64,000 nt of DNA from Azolla caroliniana (GCA_043228905.1 JBHGNT010000022.1:10540001-10604000); one strand, 5' to 3'; numbered from the stretch's first letter, positions 1 through 10,464 are shown. Numbers and translations are program-made. Notes: a model not told the origin generated them from the letters alone.

Positions 1-530
1 TCTGTCTCTCTCTTCTCGTAGGGTTTGTCCCTACAATGGCAAATACTCGTAAAGCCGCCACAAAGTTCGGGGGTATGATTGATAATGAACCGAGATCACC
101 AACAAATCTCGATTCCAATGCAATGGACAAAATGCTTATGAGTCACTTGATTTCTCTTCAAGAAACCATAAACAAGCAAGGTGAAGAGATTAGGACGTTA
201 ATGAAAGAGAATGCTAAGCTCCAAAGTGTTGTCATTGAGAATGAAAGTCTTAAACAAGTGGTTGCAAAACTTCAAGAAAAGATTCAATAATGTAAAAGAG
301 CTTCTTTCGAAACAAATGAGCGCCTTAACAAGATTGACTTAAAGGAAGCATTAAAAGAAGAAAAATTGGACACGATGAGACCAGATGTAAGTGAGATGAA
401 AAATGTATCTACAACGAAGTCATGGGCCGATGTATGTGGTGGGGATGTGCCATCAAACTCATCTAATATGCATGTGATGCATCAAGAGAAGAATATAGAA
501 AGCATAGATGTCCGAGAATTGAGAGAACGT

Positions 531-1237
531 TGTCGTGTGGCGCGTGACACATGTGCCAAACGTCGGGATGTGCGCGTCACAAGCACGGACAAGTATGGAG
601 CCTCTATCCGCTAGTGGTTATGGGTGATGGGCGGTTGAAGTGACGCACTAATGTGGTTAGAGTGAGAGAGAGAGAAACAGAAATTGAGGAAGTTTTTAAG
701 ATAGATAGATAGATAGATAGATACACATCACCAATAAGATAACTAAGTTTTCTTATTATTAATTTTCGATTTGATACATAGATTGATTCATAGATTGTTT
801 GATTCATCCATCCATTGATCCCCCCCCATTACACAAGCCTTTCGAGGGTTTTTATAGGTTTATCTATCCTTCTAACATGCACAAAACCATGGGCTTGAAC
901 CCATGGTTTTCGGGCACACGGTTTTCCTTGTGGCATGCACAAAACCATAGGCTAAAACCATGGTTTTGTGTACACGGTTTTGTATGTTTGTTTCCTATGG
1001 AATACTAAATATGAGAAGGAAATATACAAAATCTAAAGCACTTAGTAGTAGCTTTAGTGGTAAGATAATTGTTTCCTATCTTAGAAGTGCAAGGTTCAAA
1101 TCTTGCTTGCACCCTTCTATATGCACTTGAATGTCATCAAACCCTAGACTAATTTTCATATTTATAATCATGTGTATAATGTGTGTGAATCCACACTATT
1201 TCACAATTTCTCCCATTGGACACAGAACATCACGACA
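531..1237 (-). repeat. 3' LTR of the 531-3869 element
   Basis: About 19 substitutions plus a microsatellite length change versus 3171-3869 (counted by eye). Confidence 0.92.
1042..1114 (+). promoter_or_regulatory. tRNA-derived Pol III promoter-like module (A box + B box) inside the LTR; second copy at 3674-3746
   Basis: TAGCTTTAGTGGTAAGA at 1049 and GGTTCAAATC at 1093. The T8-to-G53 distance is 45 nt, as in tRNA genes. A GCAAG/CTTGC stem surrounds the T-loop. No intact acceptor stem. Confidence 0.55.
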
Positions 1238-1401
1238 TCCACCCCCACCAAACCGCACATCCTCCGGCATGTGCCAAGAAGAAAAGAGTGATGTGGCGGA
1301 GTCAAAAGGTGGTTTGTCTTTGATTTCCTCCTTCCTTACGCGTTGTCCTTTGTCCTCCATTTTGAGTACATGCATTTCTTCCACCCGATCAACCATATCA
1401 T

Positions 1402-3138
1402 TCAATCGCCTTTCGCATTTCCATGACCACTTGTCGTAGCCCCTTTTGCTCCTCTTGAGCGTAACTCTTCATGCATCGTACATGTGCCGCCTTCATCCCG
1501 ACCATCTCCTTGGTCATGAAACTTCCTCGGATCGTCTTTTCTCATCTTATGCTTGCTTTTCCTCATGCTCACAACATCAAAATTATCATTAGACACATCC
1601 CAAACCATCCTAACATTTTGTAGATTATCCTCAATACTATCAACTTTAATCCTGTCCTTCCCACACATATTCACAACATCAACATCATCATGATACTCAT
1701 CCCAAATAACATTTTCTAGATTTTCCATACTTATACCCTTGTAATCATTATGTAACCCCACGTCATCATGGACATATTTTTGTAGAATGTCCTCATCATC
1801 GCAAATCCCTATTCTATTTTCATAATGGATGTCCTCATGAATGTCACCATTTGATCTAGTGAAACTCTTATAAAATCTATCCTGAAGAAAACCAAGGCAA
1901 CCTAAAACACACAATTCCTTTTCGTCGTTCTCACCCTCATCATTACCCTTATCATAACCATATCCACAAAAAGTGCACAACTTTTTACCATCATAACCCT
2001 CATTCTTCTCATGGCACTCACTCTCACCATCAATAATACACTCTCCCTTACTATCTTCAAGCCCTAAATCATCATCATCATTACGTTTAAATGTAAAGTT
2101 TTTATCCCTTCCTAACTTCTTCTCTTGTTTGTGGCTCTCATTAAACCTATCATACTTGTCATAAGATTTTAAACCATGAAAGTCTTGATCCCAACTATTC
2201 TCACCGTCACGACTTCCGTTGAGTGCTTTTTCATTAGCACAACCATGAAGGGCTTGATTCCTCCTCTTGTGTTCACAGTAATCTTTGTCACGATCACAAC
2301 CTTGTAGATCTCGAGCACTCTTTGTGAGTTTGTAATGATCTTTGTCTTTGTCATGACCGTGTAGATCTTGATCGGTCTCCTCAAGCCCACGTTCTTTGTC
2401 AGATGTCTCTTCACCACTACATCCTTGAGTATCTTCATCTTTCCTTACAAGCCCACTTTCTTCGCTGAAAGTCTCTTCATGACCGCATGCTTCAGTATCT
2501 TGGTCATTCCCCTCGAATTGGTGTTCTTCATTGCTTGTCTCTTTATGATTGCATCCTTCTCGATCTTCCCTCTTGAGCCCACATTCTTCATCACATATCT
2601 CTTCACAATTGCATTCTTCTTTGAGGCATCTCTCTCTTGTCTTGAGTTTGCAATGATCTTCATGATGACCATAGGCATGTTGATCACATTCCCTCCCTTC
2701 AAGATCGCGTTCTTCATCACATGTTTCTCTTTTGTCGAGTTTGCAACGATCCTCGCAACGACCATAGGCATGTTGATCTTGATATTTCTCTTCAAAGCCT
2801 TGTTCTTCGTCACATGTCTCTTCTCGACTGCAACTACGCCGATCTTGATCATCTTCATCATCGTCACCGTCGAGCAAACCATGAAAAGGTTGAGGCCCGA
2901 AATTTGATGTTAGAACCGCTTCGTACAAATCCGGAACTTCTTGATATAGTATTTCAACTTGACTTGCCATCTTGAGATACTCCAACGCTCTACCCTTTTC
3001 ATCATGCAACATCATTTTGATGGCTTTCCTTACCAATGGAAGCGTCTCGAGCCTTGGACCACCTTGTATTCTTATCGACTCCTCTAAGTCGTACGTTGCC
3101 AAGATCGCATCCTCCATTCGTAATGCCCCCATAACCAC
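1402..3138 (-). CDS. Element-borne 578-aa acidic, Cys/His-containing internally repetitive protein of unknown function
   Basis: The ORF is uninterrupted and starts about 10 nt after the PBS. It has 31-aa repeats (ETCDEE..DQHAYG..ED.CKL), 22-aa repeats (C..EET..EE.GL...DQD..G) and a duplicated C-terminal motif (NL.NV..WD...D..DVV.M). Confidence 0.65.
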   Translation of the reverse strand: MVMGALRMEDAILATYDLEESIRIQGGPRLETLPLVRKAIKMMLHDEKGRALEYLKMASQVEILYQEVPDLYEAVLTSNFGPQPFHGLLDGDDDEDDQDRRSCSREETCDEEQGFEEKYQDQHAYGRCEDRCKLDKRETCDEERDLEGRECDQHAYGHHEDHCKLKTRERCLKEECNCEEICDEECGLKREDREGCNHKETSNEEHQFEGNDQDTEACGHEETFSEESGLVRKDEDTQGCSGEETSDKERGLEETDQDLHGHDKDKDHYKLTKSARDLQGCDRDKDYCEHKRRNQALHGCANEKALNGSRDGENSWDQDFHGLKSYDKYDRFNESHKQEKKLGRDKNFTFKRNDDDDLGLEDSKGECIIDGESECHEKNEGYDGKKLCTFCGYGYDKGNDEGENDEKELCVLGCLGFLQDRFYKSFTRSNGDIHEDIHYENRIGICDDEDILQKYVHDDVGLHNDYKGISMENLENVIWDEYHDDVDVVNMCGKDRIKVDSIEDNLQNVRMVWDVSNDNFDVVSMRKSKHKMRKDDPRKFHDQGDGRDEGGTCTMHEELRSRGAKGATTSGHGNAKGD

Positions 3139-3148
3139 CTTGTGTTGT

Positions 3149-3165
3149 TCACGTCGGGTTCACCA
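3149..3165 (-). promoter_or_regulatory. Primer-binding site complementary to the tRNA-Trp 3' end
   Basis: Minus strand reads TGGTGAACCCGACGTGA; an identical site is at 47147-47163. The tRNA identity is recalled from plant tRNA-Trp (...CACGUCGGGUUCACCA). Confidence 0.8.
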
Positions 3166-3170
3166 ATAGA

Positions 3171-3869
3171 TGTCGTGTGGCGCGTGACACATGTGCCAAA
3201 CATCGGGATGTGCGCATCTCAAGCACGAACAAGCACCGAGCCTCTATCCGCTAGTGGTTATGGATGATGGGTGGCTGAAGTGACACACTAATGTGGTTAG
3301 AGTGAGAGAGAGAGAAACAGAAATTGAGGAAGTTTTTAAGATAGATACATACATACATATCACCAATAAGATAACTAAGTTTTCTTATTATTAATTTTTG
3401 ATTTGATACATAGATTAATTCATAGATTGTTTGATTCATCCATCCATTGATCCTCCCCCATTACACAAGCCTTTCGAGGGTTTTTATAGGTTTATCTATC
3501 CTTCTAACATGCACAAAACCATGGGCTTGAACCCATGGTTTTCGGGCACACGATTTTCCTTGTGGCATGCACAAAACCATAAGCTAAAACCATGGTTTTG
3601 TGTACACGGTTTTGTATGTTTGTTTCCTATGGAATACTAAATATGAGAAGGAAATATACAAAATCTAAAGCACTTAGTAGTAGCTTTAGTGGTAAGATAA
3701 TTGCTTCCTATCTTAGAAGTGCAAGGTTCAAATCTTGCTTGCACCCTTCTATATGCACTTGAATGTCATCAGACCCTAGACTAATTTTCATATTTATAAT
3801 CATGTGTATAATGTGTGTGAATCCACACTATTTCACAATTTCTCCCATTGGACACAGAACATCACAACA
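3171..3869 (-). repeat. 5' LTR of the 531-3869 element
   Basis: Direct repeat of 531-1237; the PBS follows it on the minus strand after a 5-nt spacer. Confidence 0.92.
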
Positions 3870-4864
3870 ACGTGAACAACGATCAAAGAACATTGTCGTT
3901 CGTGGGATTAAAGAAGAGAGTATGGAAACACCCGCATCCCTTGGAAAGGCCATTGGTAAATTTTTTAGCATGCATTATATGGGGCACACCGAGTTGGGAA
4001 ACATGGTGTTACTCACTCTGGAGAAAGGCCTATTGTATGCACAATGACAGATGATACAAAGCGGCGGATCATACTCGAAAATAGTTGGGTATACCTCAAA
4101 GGTACGCAATGCTTTGTGAGTGAAGATCGTACTATCTCACAACAAAATGCTCGCCGTAAAGAATATGAAGAAAGATTGAAGAATAAGGTTAAGGATGTGC
4201 CTAAAGATGGAAATGTAGGCAAATATGGACACGTGATCTATGAGACTAAGCTACGCCTTTTACGACTATGCTTTTGGAATTGCTATGGATACCCATGGAA
4301 TGCAGGATTTGGCATAGAGGAGTTCACCGATAACTCGGATATCACAGTTCTTGTTGAAACATGGGAGCATGATACTCAAAGGATTCAAGGTTTAGGAAAC
4401 TATAATGTACACTCTTTGATATGGAAGAAAAATCCAAGACAAAGAAGAGGACAAGGACGAATGGCATGTTTGGTTAAGAAGGAAATAGGGAAATATGTGT
4501 CAATCATAAAAAATGATGAACATAAATGCTACATATGGCTCAAAATAGAAACACCTAATGATTTGCCCATTTTTGTAGTTGGATGTTACATTCCTCATCA
4601 AGATTCTAACTTTTATGCTTGTTTGGATAAAGATCAATCGTTTGCCAATCTAGAAGATGATATTGCCTATTTCAAATCCAAAGGGGAAGTTATTGTCTTT
4701 GGCGACATGAATGCTCATACAAGATGTTTCCAACTTGATTCACAAGAATCTTTCATGCCACATATCTCAAGGATGCAAGAGGATATGCAAATGTATAGCC
4801 GCTCTTCTAGCGATGAAAAAGATTTGAACCAATTTGGGAAGTTACTCCTACAAATGTGCAATAG

Positions 4865-4990
4865 TGTTGAGAGTTATGGTGACTTAACTCTTCACGACTT
4901 GTCATGCATTGTAAGAATTTATATGAGTTCTCTCTTTTCGGAAAGATGATGTGTTATGGTTCTCTTTCACATATGCCTCCGTTCTTTACA
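4865..4990 (+). mobile_element. 126-bp TG...CA LTR-like remnant at a deletion junction in the LINE
   Basis: Starts TGTTGAGA and ends TTCTTTACA, like the LTRs at 29267 and 40261. It sits between the APE and RT coding parts, whose linker is missing. No TSD. Confidence 0.5.
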
Positions 4991-6120
4991 ATTGAAGATA
5001 TATGCATAGGACTTAAGAAATTGGCCTCTCGAAAGGCAAGGATCTTCAATGTATAAAGGCTGAAATGCTCAAATGGACGGGAAAGGAAGCACATATATGG
5101 ATAAGCGATATGTTTAATGATGCATTGCAACATGGTATGTCGTACGATTGGGCTACAAATTGGATCAAACCATTACATAAAGGTGGAGATATACATAATG
5201 TAAACCAAACAATCGAACCATCATGGTTGGCTCATTAATGGCAAAACTATTTGGATGTACAATGGAATCAAAGATAAGTGTATGGGTTGAAAAAAAATGG
5301 TAAGAGAGCTTATGGACAAACTGGCTTTTGGAAACACCATAGCACCATTGATCACCTTATCACCCTTCGAGTATTAATGGAGGAAAGTTGCCTTAGAGGT
5401 AAAGGTTTATATTGTTACTTTGTAGACTTCAAGAAAGCTTTTGATATGGTACCTTGTGAGCATCTTTGGAGGCAAATGGAAGAACTTGAGGTAGGTGCCA
5501 AGTGAATATATGCCTGCAATTTCCCAAATTTTCTGAGAAGGTTATACGTTGTGTGCACATGAGAGATAAACTTTCAGATTTTTTCAAAAGCACTATTGGT
5601 GTTAAGCAAGGATGGCCACTCTCACCAACACTATTTGGTCTATAAATTGATGAATTCGAAGAAATGGTTACCAAGTTTGCAAAGGAAGAATGTGTTGAAG
5701 AAGTTGCCATTGGGAATGTTGTGATTATGCTTTTGCTACATGCAAATGATGTAGTGCTTTTTGCAAATACTTTAGGAGATGCACAAAAGCTTATGAAGGC
5801 ATCAGAGAAATTTTGCATGCATACTAAATTAAGTTTCAATAGCTCTAAAACAAAGGTTATGCTTGTGAAGTGTTGCTTGCACTTCCGCATTGACGGCCTA
5901 GACGACCATCGGAAACTTGAACCAAGATCAAGGAAATGCATTTTCCTTGGATATGGACCCGACAGCAAGATCGGATACCGACTCTGGGACCCCGAGCATA
6001 GACAAATCGTCCGAAGTTCAGATGTCATGTTCAACGAGTCGTCTATGCATAAAACGGCAAAAACGCCTATTGAAATCCGAAGGGTAATATTTTCCGAAGT
6101 GCCAACCCTTCATGACGGCC

Positions 6121-6392
6121 CAACCCACAACACGAGATCAATTTCATGAGTAACCGATAACTCTCGCACCGAATCCAACGATTCGGCACAGCCGAATGGC
6201 TCGGCTCTTGACCATCCGACATTGACACCCGGTGCGACTAGTCTAGTCATACCTCACAACCCACAACACGAGATCGGTTTTGCGGGTAACCGATAACTCT
6301 CGCACCAAATCCACCGATTCGGCATAGCCAAATGGCTCGGCTCCCGACCATCCGACATTGACACCTGGTGCGACTAGTCCAGTCATACCTCG
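6121..6392 (+). repeat. Tandem duplication of about 136 bp in the Copia INT-RT linker
   Basis: CAACCCACAACACGAGATC...GACTAGTC(T/C)AGTCATACCTC occurs twice, head to tail. Confidence 0.9.
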
Positions 6393-6750
6393 CAGGTCCG
6401 AGAGACTGTCGCAACCTCCGGAGAGGTATTCTCCGGGAATCTTCTCCACCGACGCCGGCGAACCGACATCTTACGAAGAAGCATCGACATCCGCTGACTT
6501 AGCCACCTGGCATCTGGCGATGGAGTCGGAAATGCACTCCATTCGGGCAAACAAGACTTGGGACTTGGTCGAATTACCGAAGAATCGACGTGTTCTTCCG
6601 TGTAAGTGGGTCTATCGACTAAAAGAGACGTCTGACTCGACCACCCCAAAGTATAAGGCCAGATTAGTTGCGAAGGGATTTCGACAAGAATATGGCGTCG
6701 ACTTTGACAAAATCTTTTCACCAGTGGTGAAAATGACAACCCTTCGTAGC

Positions 6751-6812
6751 ATGTCTCATGGGCCAAATTTGGCCTTAGAAGACGTTAATACATCTTTCTT
6801 TCTTTCTTTCTT
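6751..6812 (+). mobile_element. Extremely 5'-truncated LINE 3' tail
   Basis: GTCTCATGGGCCAAATTTGGCC..GAAGACGTTAATA followed by (TTTC)n matches the LINE end at 9746-9805. Confidence 0.7.
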
Positions 6813-9800
6813 TCCTTCTCTCTCCCTCTATGTCTATCTTGGTTGTGCATACACAGGTTCTCCTTCATCACAAATGTTGCTTTGAGTGCCCGACAGTCGG
6901 CTTTGATGTGTCCCGGTTTCTTGCAATAGTTGCAGATTCGGTTGTCTCGGGACTTGCTCCGGCTTCGCTGATTGTTCGGCGGTCGGGAAGAGCTTCTTCC
7001 CCGGTTGTTCGATCGGTTAGTTGAACCTTGTACTACGTAAGCTTCATCTGTTGAGTTTTTGGCGAAAGACTTTCTCCGAGCTGCTTCAGTCAGGATTGCG
7101 CTCATGACTTCGGAGTACTTAACGGCAGCTGTTGAAGCGTTGCACACGGTTGTAACGAAAGTTTCCCATGAAGAGGGGAGGCTACTCATGAGTATCATTG
7201 CTCTGAGTTCATCCTCGATTGCCGTCCCTTGAGACGAGATTTGGGAGCTTATGCTTTCATACTCATTGAGGTGTGCCTGAACCGAATCAGATTCTTTCAT
7301 CCGCAAGTTGTAGAGGCGCCGGATCAGATACATCTTCGTTGCGACGATCTTCTTTTCATAAGTTTCCGACAGTGTTTTCCAAAGTTCAAACGCTGTCGTG
7401 CATGATTGCACTGGGAAGTACATTGACTCCGACAAGTGCATCTGAATCATGGCTCAGACGATTCTGTCCAGCTTTAGCCACTCGTTTGCCTTGTATGCTT
7501 CTGGAGGATTTTCATTCTTAATCGGGTCTATCTGACCCTTGACTATGAGATAGTCCTGCATTTGTTCCTTCCATAAGTTGAAGTTCAAACCATCGAACCT
7601 CCTTAGACTCATTTCCGATGAGCTGGATGTTGATGCCATCTTATTCGGTTTCAGTTGGGAAGACTCGGTTCGGAGTTGACCACGAGCCTTAGTGGGGTGC
7701 AGCCGGTCAACTCACCGGATATTGTTCTAGTCGGTTTTGAACCCAAGTCAGTTTGGTTTCGGATACTTGTTGTTGAACTTGCTCAGAGTGACTCTAGTAA
7801 TCTTGAGGGACAGAACCGGCTAGTCTTCCCGAATGTTGCCGAGTCGAAGTGAGCCCGGTTAGCTTCCGATTGTATGCCGAATACCGATTACACTGAATCG
7901 ATTGTTTGGGCCGATTCTGCTTCGGATGACTACAGTGATAAGAGGGACAGATCCAACTGATCCTCCTGAATGTCGATCATCCGAGTAAAGCACGAAGTGG
8001 TTGTTGTCCGGAGACCAATTTGCAGTGGGTGGTTACATCAAGCGGGTGAATAGCGTCCGGTGACCTATTCAGATGTTGTTTAACCGAATGAAGCACAATT
8101 GGGTCGGTTGTTGCTCAAGGAGCTCCCCTCAAGCGGTTACAATCACACGAACAGAGTACAACTGACTAGCTTACCCTAATTTGTGATTTAACACAGTGAG
8201 ATGCAAGCTTTTTGTTTTTCTTCTCCCTTCTCTGTTCTTCAAAGAAAACGAAAAACGGAATGTTGTGTGGTGTACTATGAAGGCTAGCAGTAGGTTGAAG
8301 AACCTCCAACGCTCTGATACCAAATGTTGGGGACAAGGCCGTCAATGCAGAAGTGCAAGCAACATTCGTGATGAAGGAGAACTTGTGTATGCACGAGCAA
8401 GATAGACACAGAGGGAGAGAGAGAGAGAGAGAGAGAGAGGCACAAAGGAAAACGTTATATTCCAATAGCAATAGTTTCAAATGACAACCAACCTACACTA
8501 AAGGTTACAAAGTCACTTTATATAGTGACTATCCTAGGGCAACTGCCCTTTATGCTATTTACAAAAATAGCCCGAACTTGGGCTGTCCAAAGGGACAGTG
8601 TGAATACGACCATTATACACTCATATTCGACATGAAGAGCCAAAAAAGTGATAAGCCATGCATTATGTACAACAATGAGCCACTTGAATGTGTGGAAAGC
8701 TTCAAATATCTTGGCCTTGAAGCTCCTTCAAATCATAGATGGAATGAATGTGTTAAACGCCGCTTAGAAGCAGGTAAGTGAGCATACTATGCATTTGAGA
8801 ACACATGCAATCTTGGAGATATTAAGTGTTGGGTGCTCAGGAAATATCTTTTCGACACTTTGGTGATGCCGGTTCTTCTCTATGGGGTGGAAGTATGTGG
8901 CGGTAGCATCCCTAAATCTATGTGGAAAGAGTTTGAAAATGTCCAAAAACATTTTCTTACAAAGTTTCTACAAGTTAAGAAACAAACACCCTACACCCTC
9001 CTCCTCCTTGAGACGGGATCGCTTCCCATTGAGATCATGGCCATGGAAAGGGTTGTTGAATACATGCTTAAGGTTTAAAAAAGTCCCTCACATCAACTTC
9101 CTAGAATTGCGTGGGAAGCAAGCAAAAAGATCCAAAAGACGCATAAAAGCAAATTTTTGTGTTCCGGTTGGATGCAGGATATAGAAAAATGGTTTGGTAG
9201 ATGGGATGCGAGACACTTGCCTCACGATGCATCATTAGATTCCTCTGTAAATGAGGCCTTCCTGCAACACCAATGTATCATGACATGGGACAAATGTGGA
9301 GGCTCACGCTTCACACATTATACTACACATGTTGCACCTAACTACCAAAACAATATTCTTTGCGGAACGGGAACTCGTACACATCGATACATGTTAGATC
9401 CCATACCGTTATCTGCCATTCGAACCATTGCTTCCATGCAACTTCGCTCACATGCATTGCGATGTGAAACAGGGCGTTGGGGCACAAGTGATGAGAGTGG
9501 TCGACTACGCACACTTTGCCCTAAACAAGTTCGCGAGTCTGAGTATCCCACTTTGATACAATGCTCTACCTTTGATCATATTTGACCATGCTTTCTGCAT
9601 CTCTTCGACTGAGCCCAATCTTTGCATGAATTCCTCTCACAACCACAATGTGCACACTCGATTACAACATTCATTGGTAAAGCTCTTGAACACCGAGAGT
9701 CACTACTCACTTTCACACGTATCACGTGAAATGTAATATTTTTTGGTCTCATAGGTCATATTTGACCTCCGAAGACGATAATATAATCTATCTATCTATC

Positions 9801-10464
9801 TATCTCCTTTTCTCGTGAGTTCCACACCCTCTTTTCCTCTTAAGTACTCATAATACTCATCCTCCTCTACCTTTAGTACTAATTCCCTCTCTATCTTTAG
9901 TACTATTCCTGACACTCACATTCTTTCCCAAATGGGACATTGCCGATGTGCCGAATCGGATGTGTGGTGTTGTCACCCGTCTCTATGAAGCCGGGTTGAT
10001 CCGGTGTGCGCAAATCACTGAACCACTCTTCGTGGGATGTCATGTGATGTAAGGCGCTGGAATCGACAAACCACACATCTTACGAGTTGGAGGTGCTTGT
10101 GCAGTCGGAAGCCAACATAGAGTTTGGTCTATGTCTCATTATGAATATCCCACCATAGTCGTCGTACTTGGAGTTGGTGGCGTAGTTTGTGAGTTGTCGG
10201 CTTGTGGAAGCTGACTCGCTTCTTCTTTTTTGGCACTCCTCCTCGTGGTGGCTGATTTTGCCGCAATAATTGCAAGTTGTAGGCCTCGTTTATCGACCTT
10301 GTTCGGCATGGAAGCTCTCCCTTCTTCCAAAGGTTCCTTGATGGATTCTGTCTTGTTGTCAAAGGTTTGAGCTCCCTTCGTGAGATGGGCTGAATTGACC
10401 TCTTCTACCGCCTCGACCTCAGCCTCGGCCACCATCCGAATTTGAGAAGAACATTTGTCCTTCC

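Larger units (their letters stand above)
531..3869 (-). mobile_element. Non-autonomous LTR retroelement (no pol) with a single 578-aa ORF
   Basis: Direct repeats at 531-1237 and 3171-3869 with TGTCGTG...CAC(G/A)ACA ends. 4-bp TSD ACGT (527-530, 3870-3873). PBS at 3149-3165. Purine tract on the minus strand at 1238-1250. No RT, RNase H or integrase motifs inside. Confidence 0.92.
5871..8632 (-). mobile_element. Rearranged Ty1/Copia element (gag on minus, INT/RT fragment on plus)
   Basis: 5-bp TSD TGAAG (5866-5870, 8633-8637); removal restores the LINE frame VMLVK|SQKSDK. LTR at 8326-8632, Met-i PBS GCTCTGATACCA near 8311-8322. Gag at 7639-6885 with CNYCKKPGHIKADC. KLEPRSRKCIFLGY and YKARLVAKGF are on the plus strand at 5900-6750. 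Confidence 0.88.
1..9805 (+). mobile_element. Non-LTR retrotransposon (LINE with ORF1 + APE-RT-zinc finger; RTEX/L2-like 3' end), degenerate and split by three insertions (531-3869, 4865-4990, 5871-8632)
   Basis: ORF1 coiled coil starts at 36. Removing 531-3869 restores VRELRER|EQRSKNIVVRG. APE motifs CFWN..G, VETW, GCYIP, FGDMNAH lie at 4260-4860. RT motifs FVDFKKAFD, GVKQG.PLSP, LLHANDVVL lie at 4991-5870 and FKYLG at 8700. A C-terminal SHALRCETGRW..C..E.E...C knuckle and a (TATC)n tail (9787-9805) end the element. Confidence 0.9.

Noticed and set aside
19-26. TAGGGTTT as an interstitial telomere or telo-box
   Set aside because: It is a single unit; similar isolated octamers occur elsewhere in the window without pattern.
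1042-1114. Functional tRNA gene
   Set aside because: There is no acceptor stem or canonical anticodon arm; it is kept only as a tRNA-derived promoter-like module.
2169-2975. Overlapping hydrophobic or basic ORFs (179, 145 and 89 aa) as membrane or env-like proteins
   Set aside because: They are alternative-frame and antisense shadows of the GAR/GAY-rich repeats of the 578-aa ORF.
9806-9920. LTR terminus ending CTCACA that interrupts the Copia protease region
   Set aside because: Plausible, but its other end and TSD lie outside the window, so it is not listed as a feature.
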